DNA of 64,000 nucleotides from Barthelona sp. PCE (Eukaryota): positions 186,001 to 250,000 of the forward strand of contig JAUFOR010000003.1 of NCBI GenBank assembly GCA_040285745.1, written 5' to 3'. The translations under genes were made by a program, and so were the position numbers. The notes beneath the pieces were generated by a model, which worked only from the letters and a program-made list of their open reading frames with translations, made no database searches and had not been told where the DNA came from. This document shows positions 50,908 to 60,565 of the stretch, one piece after another (position 1 is the first letter of the stretch; each line of letters starts with the position of its first letter).

Positions 50908-52098
50908 ATGTCAATCACGTTAATACTGGGACCCGTACTAGCGGGAAAAACCAGTCACCTTATTCGAGGTGCACGTCGTGTAATGCTTGCTCGTAGAAAA
51001 CCTTTACTTCTTGCTCACCCATGTGAGGTCGATGAGGAGTACAGTATCACTTCTCATTCCAACATGCAGATATCCGCCTTCCCCACTAAGTCTCTCTTCG
51101 ACACCCTTGATATTGCACGAACCTGCGATTGGATTGGGATAGATAATGGACATTTCTTTGAAGATATTGCCCAATTTGCTGTTCTACTCGCAGAAGAGGG
51201 CAAGGACGTTGTTGTTTCGGCTCTAAATGCCGATTTCAATCAACAAATTTTCCCTCACATCATTGAGCTCATCCCTCACTGTGATGACGTTCAGTTACTA
51301 AAGACCATCTGTTGTGACTGCAAGAGTGATGCTTTCTGTTCTCAAAGAAACAGTTCAGTATTACCCAACGATGATGTTTTGTTACCTGGCACTGGTGATC
51401 AACATTCACCTATTTGTTACAAATGCGCAAACAAAGATACGGAAGTAATTGGCGAATTGACAATGGTTGTTGGTCCTATGTTTGCTGGTAAGTCAACTTC
51501 TCTCATTGATTATATGACTGATTGTGATTTGCGTCGATTGAAGCATGTTACCATCAAGTACGACTCGGATTGCAGATATTTTGATAATTTTCACATCGGT
51601 ACACACGATGCTGATATTACTCTTGAAGCTATCCCTGTCTCAACATTAGGGACTGCTCATGAATATATCGTTAAGAACGGTATTCAAGCTATTGGAGTTG
51701 ATGAAGGTCAGTTCTTCCCTGATGTTGTCGAGTACGTTACTACTTGGCTCAAAATGGGTATTGATATCATTGTTGTTGGTTTAGATGGAACCTTTAACAA
51801 GGATGTTTTTGGTACGATGCTTAATCTCATTCCCCTATGTGTTAGTTTTACAAAGATCAATTCTATATGTCACATGTGTCATGATTCAGCCCCATTCTCC
51901 CGTCGGTTATGTGAGAGTGATGAACTTATTATTATTGGTGGAGCTGATAAATATTGTGCTTGTTGTCGTTCATGTTATTCGAAGACACTGGATCAAAAAC
52001 AGTTGGATGATCTAGTAGAACGATTATCATCGCCATTGGTGTTTAAGACACCCAGTCCTATGGATTACAGAGAGTTTTCCCCTGTTCCAGTTAGCTAA
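50908..52098 (+). CDS. TK: Tandem two-domain thymidine kinase (TK1 family)
   Basis: Domain 1 GPVLAGKT/IDNGHFF/CxxC..CxxC; domain 2 GPMFAGKST/VDEGQFF/GLDGTF/CHMC..IGGADKY.A.CRSC. Confidence 0.92.
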   Translation: MSITLILGPVLAGKTSHLIRGARRVMLARRKPLLLAHPCEVDEEYSITSHSNMQISAFPTKSLFDTLDIARTCDWIGIDNGHFFEDIAQFAVLLAEEGKDVVVSALNADFNQQIFPHIIELIPHCDDVQLLKTICCDCKSDAFCSQRNSSVLPNDDVLLPGTGDQHSPICYKCANKDTEVIGELTMVVGPMFAGKSTSLIDYMTDCDLRRLKHVTIKYDSDCRYFDNFHIGTHDADITLEAIPVSTLGTAHEYIVKNGIQAIGVDEGQFFPDVVEYVTTWLKMGIDIIVVGLDGTFNKDVFGTMLNLIPLCVSFTKINSICHMCHDSAPFSRRLCESDELIIIGGADKYCACCRSCYSKTLDQKQLDDLVERLSSPLVFKTPSPMDYREFSPVPVS

Positions 52099-52193
52099 TT
52101 ACACCTACTTTTTGTTGTAGTTTTCATTCATCTATGTAAAGTAACCGCGTTTTGTCGTACCATGTATCACAGAGTCGTTTATTGAAGCAATAG

Positions 52194-54755
52194 TTAGCGG
52201 AATCCCGGTGGTGCAGGAACTCCAGGAGGTGCAGGAACGCCTGGTGGAGCAGGAACACCAGGAGGAGCAGGCATACCAGGAGGTGCAGGTCGAGGAGCAG
52301 CACTTGGAGGAGCACCAGGAATACCAGGAGGTGCAGGCATACCAGGAGGAGAAGGTCGATGAGCAGCACTTGGAGGAGCACCAGGAATACCAGGAGGAGC
52401 AGGCATACCAGGAGGAGAAGGTCGAGGAGCAGCACTTGGAGGAGCACCAGGAATACCAGGAGGTGCAGGCATACCAGGAGGAGAAGGTCGATGAGCAGCA
52501 CTTGGAGGAGCACCAGGAATACCAGGAGGTGCAGGCATACCAGGAGGTGCAGGTCGAGGAGCAGCACTTGGAGGAGCACCAGGAATACCAGGGGGTGCAG
52601 GCATACCAGGAGGTGCAGGTCGAGGAGCAGCACTTGGAGGAGCACCAGGAATACCAGGAGGTGCAGGCATACCAGGAGGTGCAGGTCGAGGAGCAGCACT
52701 TGGAGGAGCACCAGGAATACCAGGAGGTGCAGGTCGAGGAGCAGCACTTGGAGGAGACTTAGGTACTCCCGGAGAATCATCAGGAACTTTTTTGGGTAAT
52801 CCAGGTGCTTTGGTAACAGGAGGACTACCAACTGTTTTCTTTGTTACAGCTTTATCAGGAACTTTTTCAGGAGTATTCTTGGGAGCCTTTTCGGGCGTGG
52901 GCGGATTCAGATCAGTGGTATCCACCGAGAGCTCACGCGTGATCACTTTTGGCTTCTCAGGCATCTTAAACATCTTGTTCACAACTCTGTTCAGATCTTC
53001 CACTTGAATCTCTTCCGGAGGAGCTGGCTGCACTCTCTGCAACGATGCGAATATGTCGCCAATGTTAACAGGCCAGTTATACTCGTCGAACGTAACAGTG
53101 CCAAATGAGCCTAATTCGTGCTCGGCCTCTCTCAGTTCCTCCAACAGCGCTTGCGTGTGCGGTATGACAGTGGGATCGAGGACATCAACGTACGGCAAAG
53201 AAGGCATGCGGATATCACATGACGGGAATGATGGAAGTTTCAGCTGATACTCTTTCTTTGACGGCTTAAAGAACACTTCAGCAGTGAACCCGTCGAACTT
53301 AATGACCAGACAACTTCGTTCCTCAGGGTAGTTGAAGTCTATAAACCTCAATAACTTGGAAATATCATACATGACGCTTGATTTTTCAACAACATCTCTG
53401 CCTTCACGCTCATACAAAACGACCTCAAAACGAGTGAATGCGTTGCGGCGCCTCAGCCACCTCGTCGCCTCCTTCAACCCCGCTTCTGTTGGAGTGATTC
53501 TCAAACTTTCATCTCTTCCCAGTCTGAACTCCAGAATTGCATTAGGTCCGTTATCGTTCTGGAACATGGTAAGCTCTACAATGTCCTTTGTGGAGACAGT
53601 CTTCAAGAAGCGCTCATCGTTAACAACCTGCGCATACAATGGTAATATCGAACCTGGCGTTGTTGGATGCCAACTGGTAACATCAGCTTTGAATTCAGTG
53701 TATTCTTCGATTGTCTTCTCATATAGCTTGAAGTAATCCTCTAGTTTGAGACAATTACCGGTCTGCTCTTGCATCCATTCTCTTAAACGTTCTGTGAACT
53801 GTTCTAGGTCGGCAATTTGTCTGTTCTTGAGCCATAGCTTGCGCTGATACCGGTCTATGGTTGCTCTGTACTTGTCCACTAGCCTGAAGAGCTCTGTTTT
53901 GATTGCTTCAAAAGATTTTTTTAGCTCAGTCTCTGTTTGTCCCTTTAAAGCAGTAAAAGCATCGTACAATGTCATGAACTCTCGCTTCAGCTTTTCGTCC
54001 AAGACGTCGCATATTTCTCTGTTCTTATCATGGAAAAAATCGACCAAAGTGGAAAAACGTTCCTCATGTGATTCTACCCTGTCAAATAACCTTTCTTTCT
54101 CGATCTTCTCCTTCGACAACAACGATCTAAGCGTGTTGACACTCGATTCATGCTCTACACGTAGTCTATTAAGGGTTGATGCATTGGTCTGCTGCAACGA
54201 CTGGATTATCTCATCCAGCTGTAATAATCCGAGCTTCTCACGGTGCAAATTCTGCGTATCATAGTTCTTCTTCAGTTCTGACAACTCTTCATTATTCTTT
54301 TCAAGCGAAGATTTCAGCAACACATTTTCCTCAGTTTTTTTATCAAGTACACCACGTAACTGATGGATTTCCCTATGTAAAGCCTCGCTCTCGAGCTCTT
54401 TCTGCATCGCTACCATACGGTGCTCTTCAGCACGCTTCTCTAGGTCAGTATATTTTATCTTTAACACATCCAATTGATTATCTAATTGACGGGTGGAGCG
54501 TTGCTTTGAAGCTTCTAGCTCCTTCTCAACCCAAACATTGTCGAATGACGTTTGTAAAGCAAAGTATTGAGATTTTAACTCGTCCATCTCCTTTTCAAGA
54601 GTTTTGTTTTTGACAATCTCCTCTGCTAACTGGTCGCGCAGCTTGTTTTTGACCGAATTAACCTTTTTGAGTTTACCTTTGTGCAATCGTCTTCGTTCTT
54701 CAGAATATGCGAGTCTTTCGATCAGTTGCTCAGTGGTCATATCTACATTACTCAT
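52194..54755 (-). CDS. Coiled-coil protein with C-terminal proline-rich tandem repeats
   Basis: About 350-aa coiled coil, globular middle, then (PPSAAPRPAPPGMPAPPGIPGA)n; ATG at 54755. Confidence 0.7.
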   Translation of the reverse strand: MSNVDMTTEQLIERLAYSEERRRLHKGKLKKVNSVKNKLRDQLAEEIVKNKTLEKEMDELKSQYFALQTSFDNVWVEKELEASKQRSTRQLDNQLDVLKIKYTDLEKRAEEHRMVAMQKELESEALHREIHQLRGVLDKKTEENVLLKSSLEKNNEELSELKKNYDTQNLHREKLGLLQLDEIIQSLQQTNASTLNRLRVEHESSVNTLRSLLSKEKIEKERLFDRVESHEERFSTLVDFFHDKNREICDVLDEKLKREFMTLYDAFTALKGQTETELKKSFEAIKTELFRLVDKYRATIDRYQRKLWLKNRQIADLEQFTERLREWMQEQTGNCLKLEDYFKLYEKTIEEYTEFKADVTSWHPTTPGSILPLYAQVVNDERFLKTVSTKDIVELTMFQNDNGPNAILEFRLGRDESLRITPTEAGLKEATRWLRRRNAFTRFEVVLYEREGRDVVEKSSVMYDISKLLRFIDFNYPEERSCLVIKFDGFTAEVFFKPSKKEYQLKLPSFPSCDIRMPSLPYVDVLDPTVIPHTQALLEELREAEHELGSFGTVTFDEYNWPVNIGDIFASLQRVQPAPPEEIQVEDLNRVVNKMFKMPEKPKVITRELSVDTTDLNPPTPEKAPKNTPEKVPDKAVTKKTVGSPPVTKAPGLPKKVPDDSPGVPKSPPSAAPRPAPPGIPGAPPSAAPRPAPPGMPAPPGIPGAPPSAAPRPAPPGMPAPPGIPGAPPSAAPRPAPPGMPAPPGIPGAPPSAAHRPSPPGMPAPPGIPGAPPSAAPRPSPPGMPAPPGIPGAPPSAAHRPSPPGMPAPPGIPGAPPSAAPRPAPPGMPAPPGVPAPPGVPAPPGVPAPPGFR
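52205..52756. repeat. Coding minisatellite, 66-bp unit, about 7 copies plus partial units
   Basis: Near-identical GGAGCAGCACTTGGAGGAGCACCAGGAATACCAGGAGGTGCAGGCATACC... units. Confidence 0.9.
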
Positions 54756-54867
54756 CTTTGACCATAACTTTTGCCCTGAATTAATTGGTATAAGATATAT
54801 AATCGAAAACACATACGCTGGTTTTACTTTTTAAACAAACACATATAAACATAATATTAGTGCACAT

Positions 54868-56499
54868 TTAATCTCTGGAGCGATACTTTCTTAGTAAACT
54901 TGATGCAAAATCACTAAAATCAGAAAGTCGACTTTCTTGCTCACGGTTGAATTTGGCGTGCCTTACACTCTCGCGAAATGATTCAAAATATTTCTTTTTG
55001 AGTAATTTCTCATCAAACCGCAACAGAGCAAGCTGTCCCTCTCTTGTACTTTTTGCACGTTCACAAAATGCTTGACGCCATTTCGTAAAACATAAAGTTT
55101 TCAATTTTTTTTTTTTTGCTTTTTCTGCCTCGATCATATCCAGCCTGCACAGCTCATGGAACGTAAGGAAGCCAAGAAAACCCTTGCGAAGTAATTTACG
55201 AAGATAAAATTTGTTTGCATTACTTTCTTTTCGCTTTCTTTGTCTTTGCACGTTATCATGGAAGGAAATAAGAGACTGAAGGACCAGAGATCGATCGTGG
55301 CGAGCTGCGATAGTTCGTTCCGCATGTCTCAAATGTGTACGGTACCTATCAAACCCACATATAACAAGCCGCATTAGATTACAACCCCTGAAGCGTCTTG
55401 CCTTCCTTGCCTGATCGCGCCTAAACTCCTTGATTCGGTGCCTTCTGTTCTTCTCTTCTTTCTTATTTAAAGAATCGTTGATTTTCTTTGATAGCTTTTC
55501 CATCTGGTACATCATTAACATCTCTCTGTTCTCACGTTCTCTCATGATCTGCATCTTCCTCCTTTGCTCTTTTTTCCTCTGTATCTCACGTGCCCTGTGT
55601 TCCATATTAACAACTGCTTGTGGTGTGGGCGGTAATTGCGGTCGTGGTCTCGGTTCCGGTTCCGGCTCAGACTCAGGCTCAGGTTCTTCCACAGGCTTCG
55701 GTTTTGTAAGTCTGCCCAACAACTTGCTGAAAGCATCTTTTCTTTCACGTTCTTTTTTTTCGATTTCTTCCTCTTCTAATGATAATTGAGTCTGCTTATA
55801 CCAAGCCTTGAACACATTCTTACACAATTTTGTCCGGTAGTAAACCCCCGCTCTTCTCATTGTCCGATTATCTGTATCAGTATCAATGTCTATTCTTGTT
55901 TTCAGCTTTGCAATAGCATTATTCATGCGTATTATCTTCAACCGCAAACGCAACCTGGACATTACGCGCCATATCTGAAAGTTTCTAACAAGAGCATTTT
56001 CCTGATTTAATCGCATAACATAATATTTCCAATCTAGAAATACGTTGACCAGCATCCGATAGTTTCTTCGCTTTTTCAGCTTCCTGATACCGTCCTTTAT
56101 CCGCCGTTCACGATTTATGGTGTCTAAACTGACAGATTTAGGTGCAGAAAATACGTTAATGTCCACAATATCGGGTGCTTTGGGAGAAACTATTTTGCTA
56201 AAACGTGGTTTGCTTCCAATCTTCAACTGGATGTCTCTTTCGACCCTGTTTTCGATCTTATTCATGTGTATAGTCTTTTTGGGTTGCTTCTTTGGCTTGC
56301 GTTGTTTTTTCCTCTTGATGCGTTTCTGACGTTCCTGCATGTTTATGCGTGGGTCATAATCGCGTGGAAGCACAATTGGGACAACGTAATCTCTTGTTAG
56401 CTGTTTGTTATCCAAATTGCTCAGTTCTCTGTATTCATCCATAATTGCTTTTGCTTCATCCCGAAATTGCCCTTCCCCGTTATCCTCCGACGGATGCAT
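54868..56499 (-). CDS. CCDC191-like / Sfi1-repeat-like basic coiled-coil protein
   Basis: Repeated L.K..F..W segments; AVVNMEHRARE.QRKK; ATG at 56499. Confidence 0.45.
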   Translation of the reverse strand: MHPSEDNGEGQFRDEAKAIMDEYRELSNLDNKQLTRDYVVPIVLPRDYDPRINMQERQKRIKRKKQRKPKKQPKKTIHMNKIENRVERDIQLKIGSKPRFSKIVSPKAPDIVDINVFSAPKSVSLDTINRERRIKDGIRKLKKRRNYRMLVNVFLDWKYYVMRLNQENALVRNFQIWRVMSRLRLRLKIIRMNNAIAKLKTRIDIDTDTDNRTMRRAGVYYRTKLCKNVFKAWYKQTQLSLEEEEIEKKERERKDAFSKLLGRLTKPKPVEEPEPESEPEPEPRPRPQLPPTPQAVVNMEHRAREIQRKKEQRRKMQIMRERENREMLMMYQMEKLSKKINDSLNKKEEKNRRHRIKEFRRDQARKARRFRGCNLMRLVICGFDRYRTHLRHAERTIAARHDRSLVLQSLISFHDNVQRQRKRKESNANKFYLRKLLRKGFLGFLTFHELCRLDMIEAEKAKKKKLKTLCFTKWRQAFCERAKSTREGQLALLRFDEKLLKKKYFESFRESVRHAKFNREQESRLSDFSDFASSLLRKYRSRD

Positions 56500-56616
56500 G
56501 TTGAAAAATAAACAAAAACTATGTGAGAAAGGGGCAGAAAAACGAAAAACGAAACTCTGCTTGTTATTTACATTATATAAAGGTGAAAATATGGTGGATT
56601 CCTCCAAGTATCGCTA

Positions 56617-56892
56617 TTATGCATTCATCATTGCCAACGGTGAGACAGCTTCGCTATCATGAATAGAACTTACTCTGGGTTTTTTTCTCCACACACTTGG
56701 CCGTTTCTTGAACACCACCTGTTTTGGCGTGTGTTCATGTGCTCGTTTATAAGGGTTTTGTTTAAATTCTTCTGTTTTCACTTCAGGAACCGTAACTGCA
56801 TTACTTTCTTTTGTTTTTCCGCATACATTTGATACTTCTGGGATCATATATACAGCATTTTCAGCAGGAACCCTTGAACAAAAACAGCCCAT
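56617..56892 (-). CDS. Small dually acylated (MGCxxS) protein, 91 aa
   Basis: ATG GGC TGT TTT TGT TCA start after a T-rich tract. Confidence 0.55.
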   Translation of the reverse strand: MGCFCSRVPAENAVYMIPEVSNVCGKTKESNAVTVPEVKTEEFKQNPYKRAHEHTPKQVVFKKRPSVWRKKPRVSSIHDSEAVSPLAMMNA

Positions 56893-57469
56893 TATAATAA
56901 GGAAAAAAAATGATAGCAAAAGGTTCGAAATTTTGAAAAGTTAATAAACTTCACATTGGTTTATGCTCACATTGCACACTTATATGAGCTATTACATCAT
57001 ACATTTATCGACTATATGTATCGAATTGCTGATAAAAAAAAATTCCTCTCCATTATCCCAAATATGTCACATGAATAATCAGCCCATAGCTACTAAAATG
57101 CCCAATTTAAGGAATTCAAACTGAGAAAAGATGTGAAGAAAAGTAAAGTGCATGTAAGGATATACAAGTGACACTTTTCAGGCATTGGTTTACATAAGAA
57201 CACAGATCTGATTTGGAATTGCCAGTATACATATGTGAGTTTGTAAAGAGCGTTTAAAAATTCAATCTATGCTTTACAAGAACAAATTGCTAATACTTTT
57301 CCAACCCTTTTCCATAACAGTTCTTAAAACTTGTTTAAATATCTGAGTAGACAATATGGGCAAAAAGAATGAATTCGTTAACAATATAAGATGAAGTTTA
57401 GAGGAAATATTAACGATGAAGAGGAATAACGATAAAATTTAACATAACAATGTTGATTTAAACCTAATA

Positions 57470-58000
57470 ATGACTGAAATTTGTAATGAAATTACTATAA
57501 GAAACCCTAAAGATGAATTACATTTTAGTGCTTTAGACTTCTTTAAAGAACATATTGACACGCTTGAGTCTCGCAAGGATGGGCAATTTTCGTTGCCTCA
57601 ATCCGCCGTTTCCCCATTTGGCAAGTATTCAAGCAAACAAAATCAAATAGGCGTGATTTATGTAGATTCGAGTGATTTCAGTACAATATCTGATGATCTC
57701 AACTTTTTTGTAACCCAGGAAGCGAACATCAAGTAATTTGTTTGATATTATAAAATCTGGATCCGATGATTATATACAACATTCTTTACTGGTTGAAAGT
57801 GATGATGAAAGTGGGTTTAAAGAATTTGATGGGGTATCATAGTTCACTTTCATGTTTGGAGGATCCAATTTTACTATTACTAGAACAATTGAATAGTATT
57901 TTATCTTCATGTGTTTTGACAATAATTGCACACCATATTCGATTCGAGTATATGTTGAAAATCCGTTTGACCTCTATCATTACCATTTGCAATAATAAAA
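57470..58000 (+). pseudogene. Probable disrupted gene of an acidic, beta-rich lineage-specific family
   Basis: 88-aa ORF continues in a shifted frame as FDIIKSGSDDYIQHSLLVESDDESGFKEFDGVS*FTFMFGG...IE*YFIFMCFDNNCTPYSIRVYVENPFDLY, with frameshift and internal TAG stops. Confidence 0.4.
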
Positions 58001-58421
58001 CTCGATGTAAACTCATTTGAATTTTTTCCTCCCTTTTACGTTTTTGCCATTTAACATTTACCATTGTAGGTTGTAGGATTTTGCACCGGGGCTATGTTTG
58101 TTGAGATGACGCATTGATTTTAGCATTCCACATCATTTTTTCATAAAAAATTTTGTTTAAGGATTTACACAGTCTACGAAGTATGATCTATGATGGCAAG
58201 TTGATCTCATGTTGCCGAACTACACTTTTTTGTTCTTACAGTGTGAGCACAAAGAAAAAAAGTTTGAGATGTTTTACCACAAGTAAAGAGAGTTTGTTAA
58301 TATCAACACCATATTCAATCTAACAGCAGTTTTTAGCTACTGTACAGCAACCATAGCCATTTGTGCATCCTTAGTGCATGTTACACATTTCTAAACGTTT
58401 TATTCGACATATGTTTTACAT

Positions 58422-59486
58422 ATGAGTGAAGACGAGCTCTTATCGCAGCTGTCTCTCCTGGACCAATCATTTAGTTTGGTTGAAGCGGCATCAAATAATG
58501 CATCTCCGGATATTCCAACAAATGAGTTTATGACAACGGATATTGAGGACGATTTTCCCACAAGCGAGATCGTTTATCCAATACCACACTTTCAGAATAC
58601 CGCAAATGAAAATCGAAGTTTTACAGATACTATTTCTGATAGTAGTCTGCGATATTCCATTGGGCCATTCACTCCCAGCAAGCGCCGTGACGGAGTTGTG
58701 CGGAGCAGAAGCATCTTTGGAGGACAAAATTCATTTGATGCTTCAACACAAACACATCATATTTTAGGTGGTCGATTAGTACCACCTCGTAGGATAGTTT
58801 TGGTGCGCCACGGAACCAGTGCACAAAACGCAATGTTAGATTTACAAATAGAAAATAATATTAAAGCATTACAAGAAGTCTCAGATCAACAATTAAGTTT
58901 AATACCTCGTGGTGTTTTTGAAGCAGAAGCAACGGGTTTATTTTTGGCCGAAACAGCACCATTCGACGTTGTTTTTCATTCACCATATACTCGAGCTATT
59001 CAAACGAGCGATGTCATTCTGGCACAACTGCCTTACAGCCCAGAAATTCGTTGTGATGTACGTATCAGGGAGAAAGAGTTTGGGCGTCTGTTCGGTTACA
59101 CACGGGAACAGATTGAGGCAGAGTATCCTGTTGAATATAAGCAAAGAAATAGGGATGGGAAGTATTATTTCAGAAATATAGGAGGAGAGAACTACCCTGA
59201 TGTGCTGATGCGAGTCATCAGCTTCTTCAAAGACCTATGCGAAGAATACTCAAACAAGTCTGTTCTTATAGTAACACATCAAGTCCCGTTCAAGTTGTTC
59301 AGAGCTTATCTTGAGAAATTAACTCCTTCTGAGACAGTGGACCTACCTTACGTGCCTAATTGTTCGTTGCAGGAATGGTGCTTGGATGAAGCTAGTGGTA
59401 ATCTTCTCATGACTGTGTTTAGCGAATTGGCTTATGATTTTGCTGAATTAGAGATGACCCCGGTGGCATTCAACTATGCAATATAG
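58422..59486 (+). CDS. Histidine phosphatase (phosphoglycerate mutase-like) with disordered N-terminal extension
   Basis: VLVRHG, SPYTRAIQT, RIREKEFG, GGENY.DV..R, VLIVTH, NCS. Confidence 0.88.
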   Translation: MSEDELLSQLSLLDQSFSLVEAASNNASPDIPTNEFMTTDIEDDFPTSEIVYPIPHFQNTANENRSFTDTISDSSLRYSIGPFTPSKRRDGVVRSRSIFGGQNSFDASTQTHHILGGRLVPPRRIVLVRHGTSAQNAMLDLQIENNIKALQEVSDQQLSLIPRGVFEAEATGLFLAETAPFDVVFHSPYTRAIQTSDVILAQLPYSPEIRCDVRIREKEFGRLFGYTREQIEAEYPVEYKQRNRDGKYYFRNIGGENYPDVLMRVISFFKDLCEEYSNKSVLIVTHQVPFKLFRAYLEKLTPSETVDLPYVPNCSLQEWCLDEASGNLLMTVFSELAYDFAELEMTPVAFNYAI

Positions 59487-59746
59487 AATCTTCAACGAAG
59501 AGTTGATTGATGTGTAATAAAATGATGTTTAAGAATTTTTTGGTTAGTCCCATTTTAAGCTTGCATAACAAGCCAACGGGCGTTAATCGTGGCTAAAATG
59601 GCCATTTCAAGAAGTAACGTCAGCTGTTATTGCTATATGTTGATTTCTCATTTTAGTCCATTTCACTTTCCAGAGCTTATTTTTAAGCTCACTAATCACA
59701 CTAATCACATCATTAAAAACCGATTTTCGACATCCTGAACACAAAA

Positions 59747-60565
59747 ATGACATTTTCTACATTAAAGTGTTTTATTTCAAATAGGATGGTCATTCCACTG
59801 TTTTCAGTGTCTGCAATTAGTTTCCTATCGGTGTTGTTGCGTCTTCTGACCAAATCAGGTGGGTTAGCAGCTTTTATTGTTGGGTTTCCATGTTCTGTTG
59901 ATTTATCATATGTGACATTAATATTCTGGTTTTTTATTTCAAGTAACATCTTCAGCAAGATGGGTGAACAGTCTAAAGTGCAAATTTCAGATGAGTACAG
60001 GAAGTCAATACGTGGTGCTAAGCAGGTATATTATATCGGCTTGATTCCCAGTTTATTCGCCTGGATTGATTTACTAGGACAGATCGGCTGCATTCCCAAC
60101 AACTCTAGTTGGTATCTACAGCACGAAAAGGCATTTTTCATTTTTGCTGTACATTACGCAGCGAGCAACAGTGATACATGGGCTAGTGAGGTCGGAGCTC
60201 TTTCAGTAGGCAAGGTTCGCCTCATAACCAACATGAAAGAAGTCCCCAAGGGTACAGATGGAGGCATCTCCCTATTAGGTACTTTTGCAGCAGTATTGGG
60301 GTCATTAAGCATTGCTGTATTGGCCAACTACTTCAGCTCCGGCATCCTATGGCCGGTATTCATCATTGGTTTTATTGGAAATATTTTTGATTCGGTGTTT
60401 GGATCACTGTTACAATATTCAGCTTTTGATAAGAATGGGGAGTTGACAAAATTGCCTGAAGAATGTCATCAGCATATTTGTGGAATGAATATTATATCTA
60501 ACGAGATGGTAAATCTTTTAAGTTGCGGTGCAGCAAGTCTCATTGCAATTATATTTTACAAATGA
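59747..60565 (+). CDS. TMEM19: TMEM19 / DUF92 membrane protein
   Basis: LTKSGGLAAF.VG, RGAKQV, A.NSDTWASEVG, VPKGTDGGISLLG, DSVFGSLLQ, NEMVNLLS. Confidence 0.9.
   Translation: MTFSTLKCFISNRMVIPLFSVSAISFLSVLLRLLTKSGGLAAFIVGFPCSVDLSYVTLIFWFFISSNIFSKMGEQSKVQISDEYRKSIRGAKQVYYIGLIPSLFAWIDLLGQIGCIPNNSSWYLQHEKAFFIFAVHYAASNSDTWASEVGALSVGKVRLITNMKEVPKGTDGGISLLGTFAAVLGSLSIAVLANYFSSGILWPVFIIGFIGNIFDSVFGSLLQYSAFDKNGELTKLPEECHQHICGMNIISNEMVNLLSCGAASLIAIIFYK

Noticed and set aside
52124-52831. Alternative-frame ORFs (EEHQEYQ repeat on +, Leu-rich on -, RSTR repeat) and a CRISPR-like appearance
   Set aside because: Shadow frames of the 66-bp coding minisatellite; no unique spacers, no cas genes
30639-56499. 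Apparent cluster of ciliary genes (BBS1, CFAP54-like, TMEM107, CCDC191-like)
   Set aside because: Interspersed with unrelated genes; plausible by chance in a small flagellate genome
57737-58000. TAG/TAA-to-Gln reassignment as in hexamitid diplomonads
   Set aside because: Conserved genes end at TAA/TAG at expected positions and long ORFs have no internal stops
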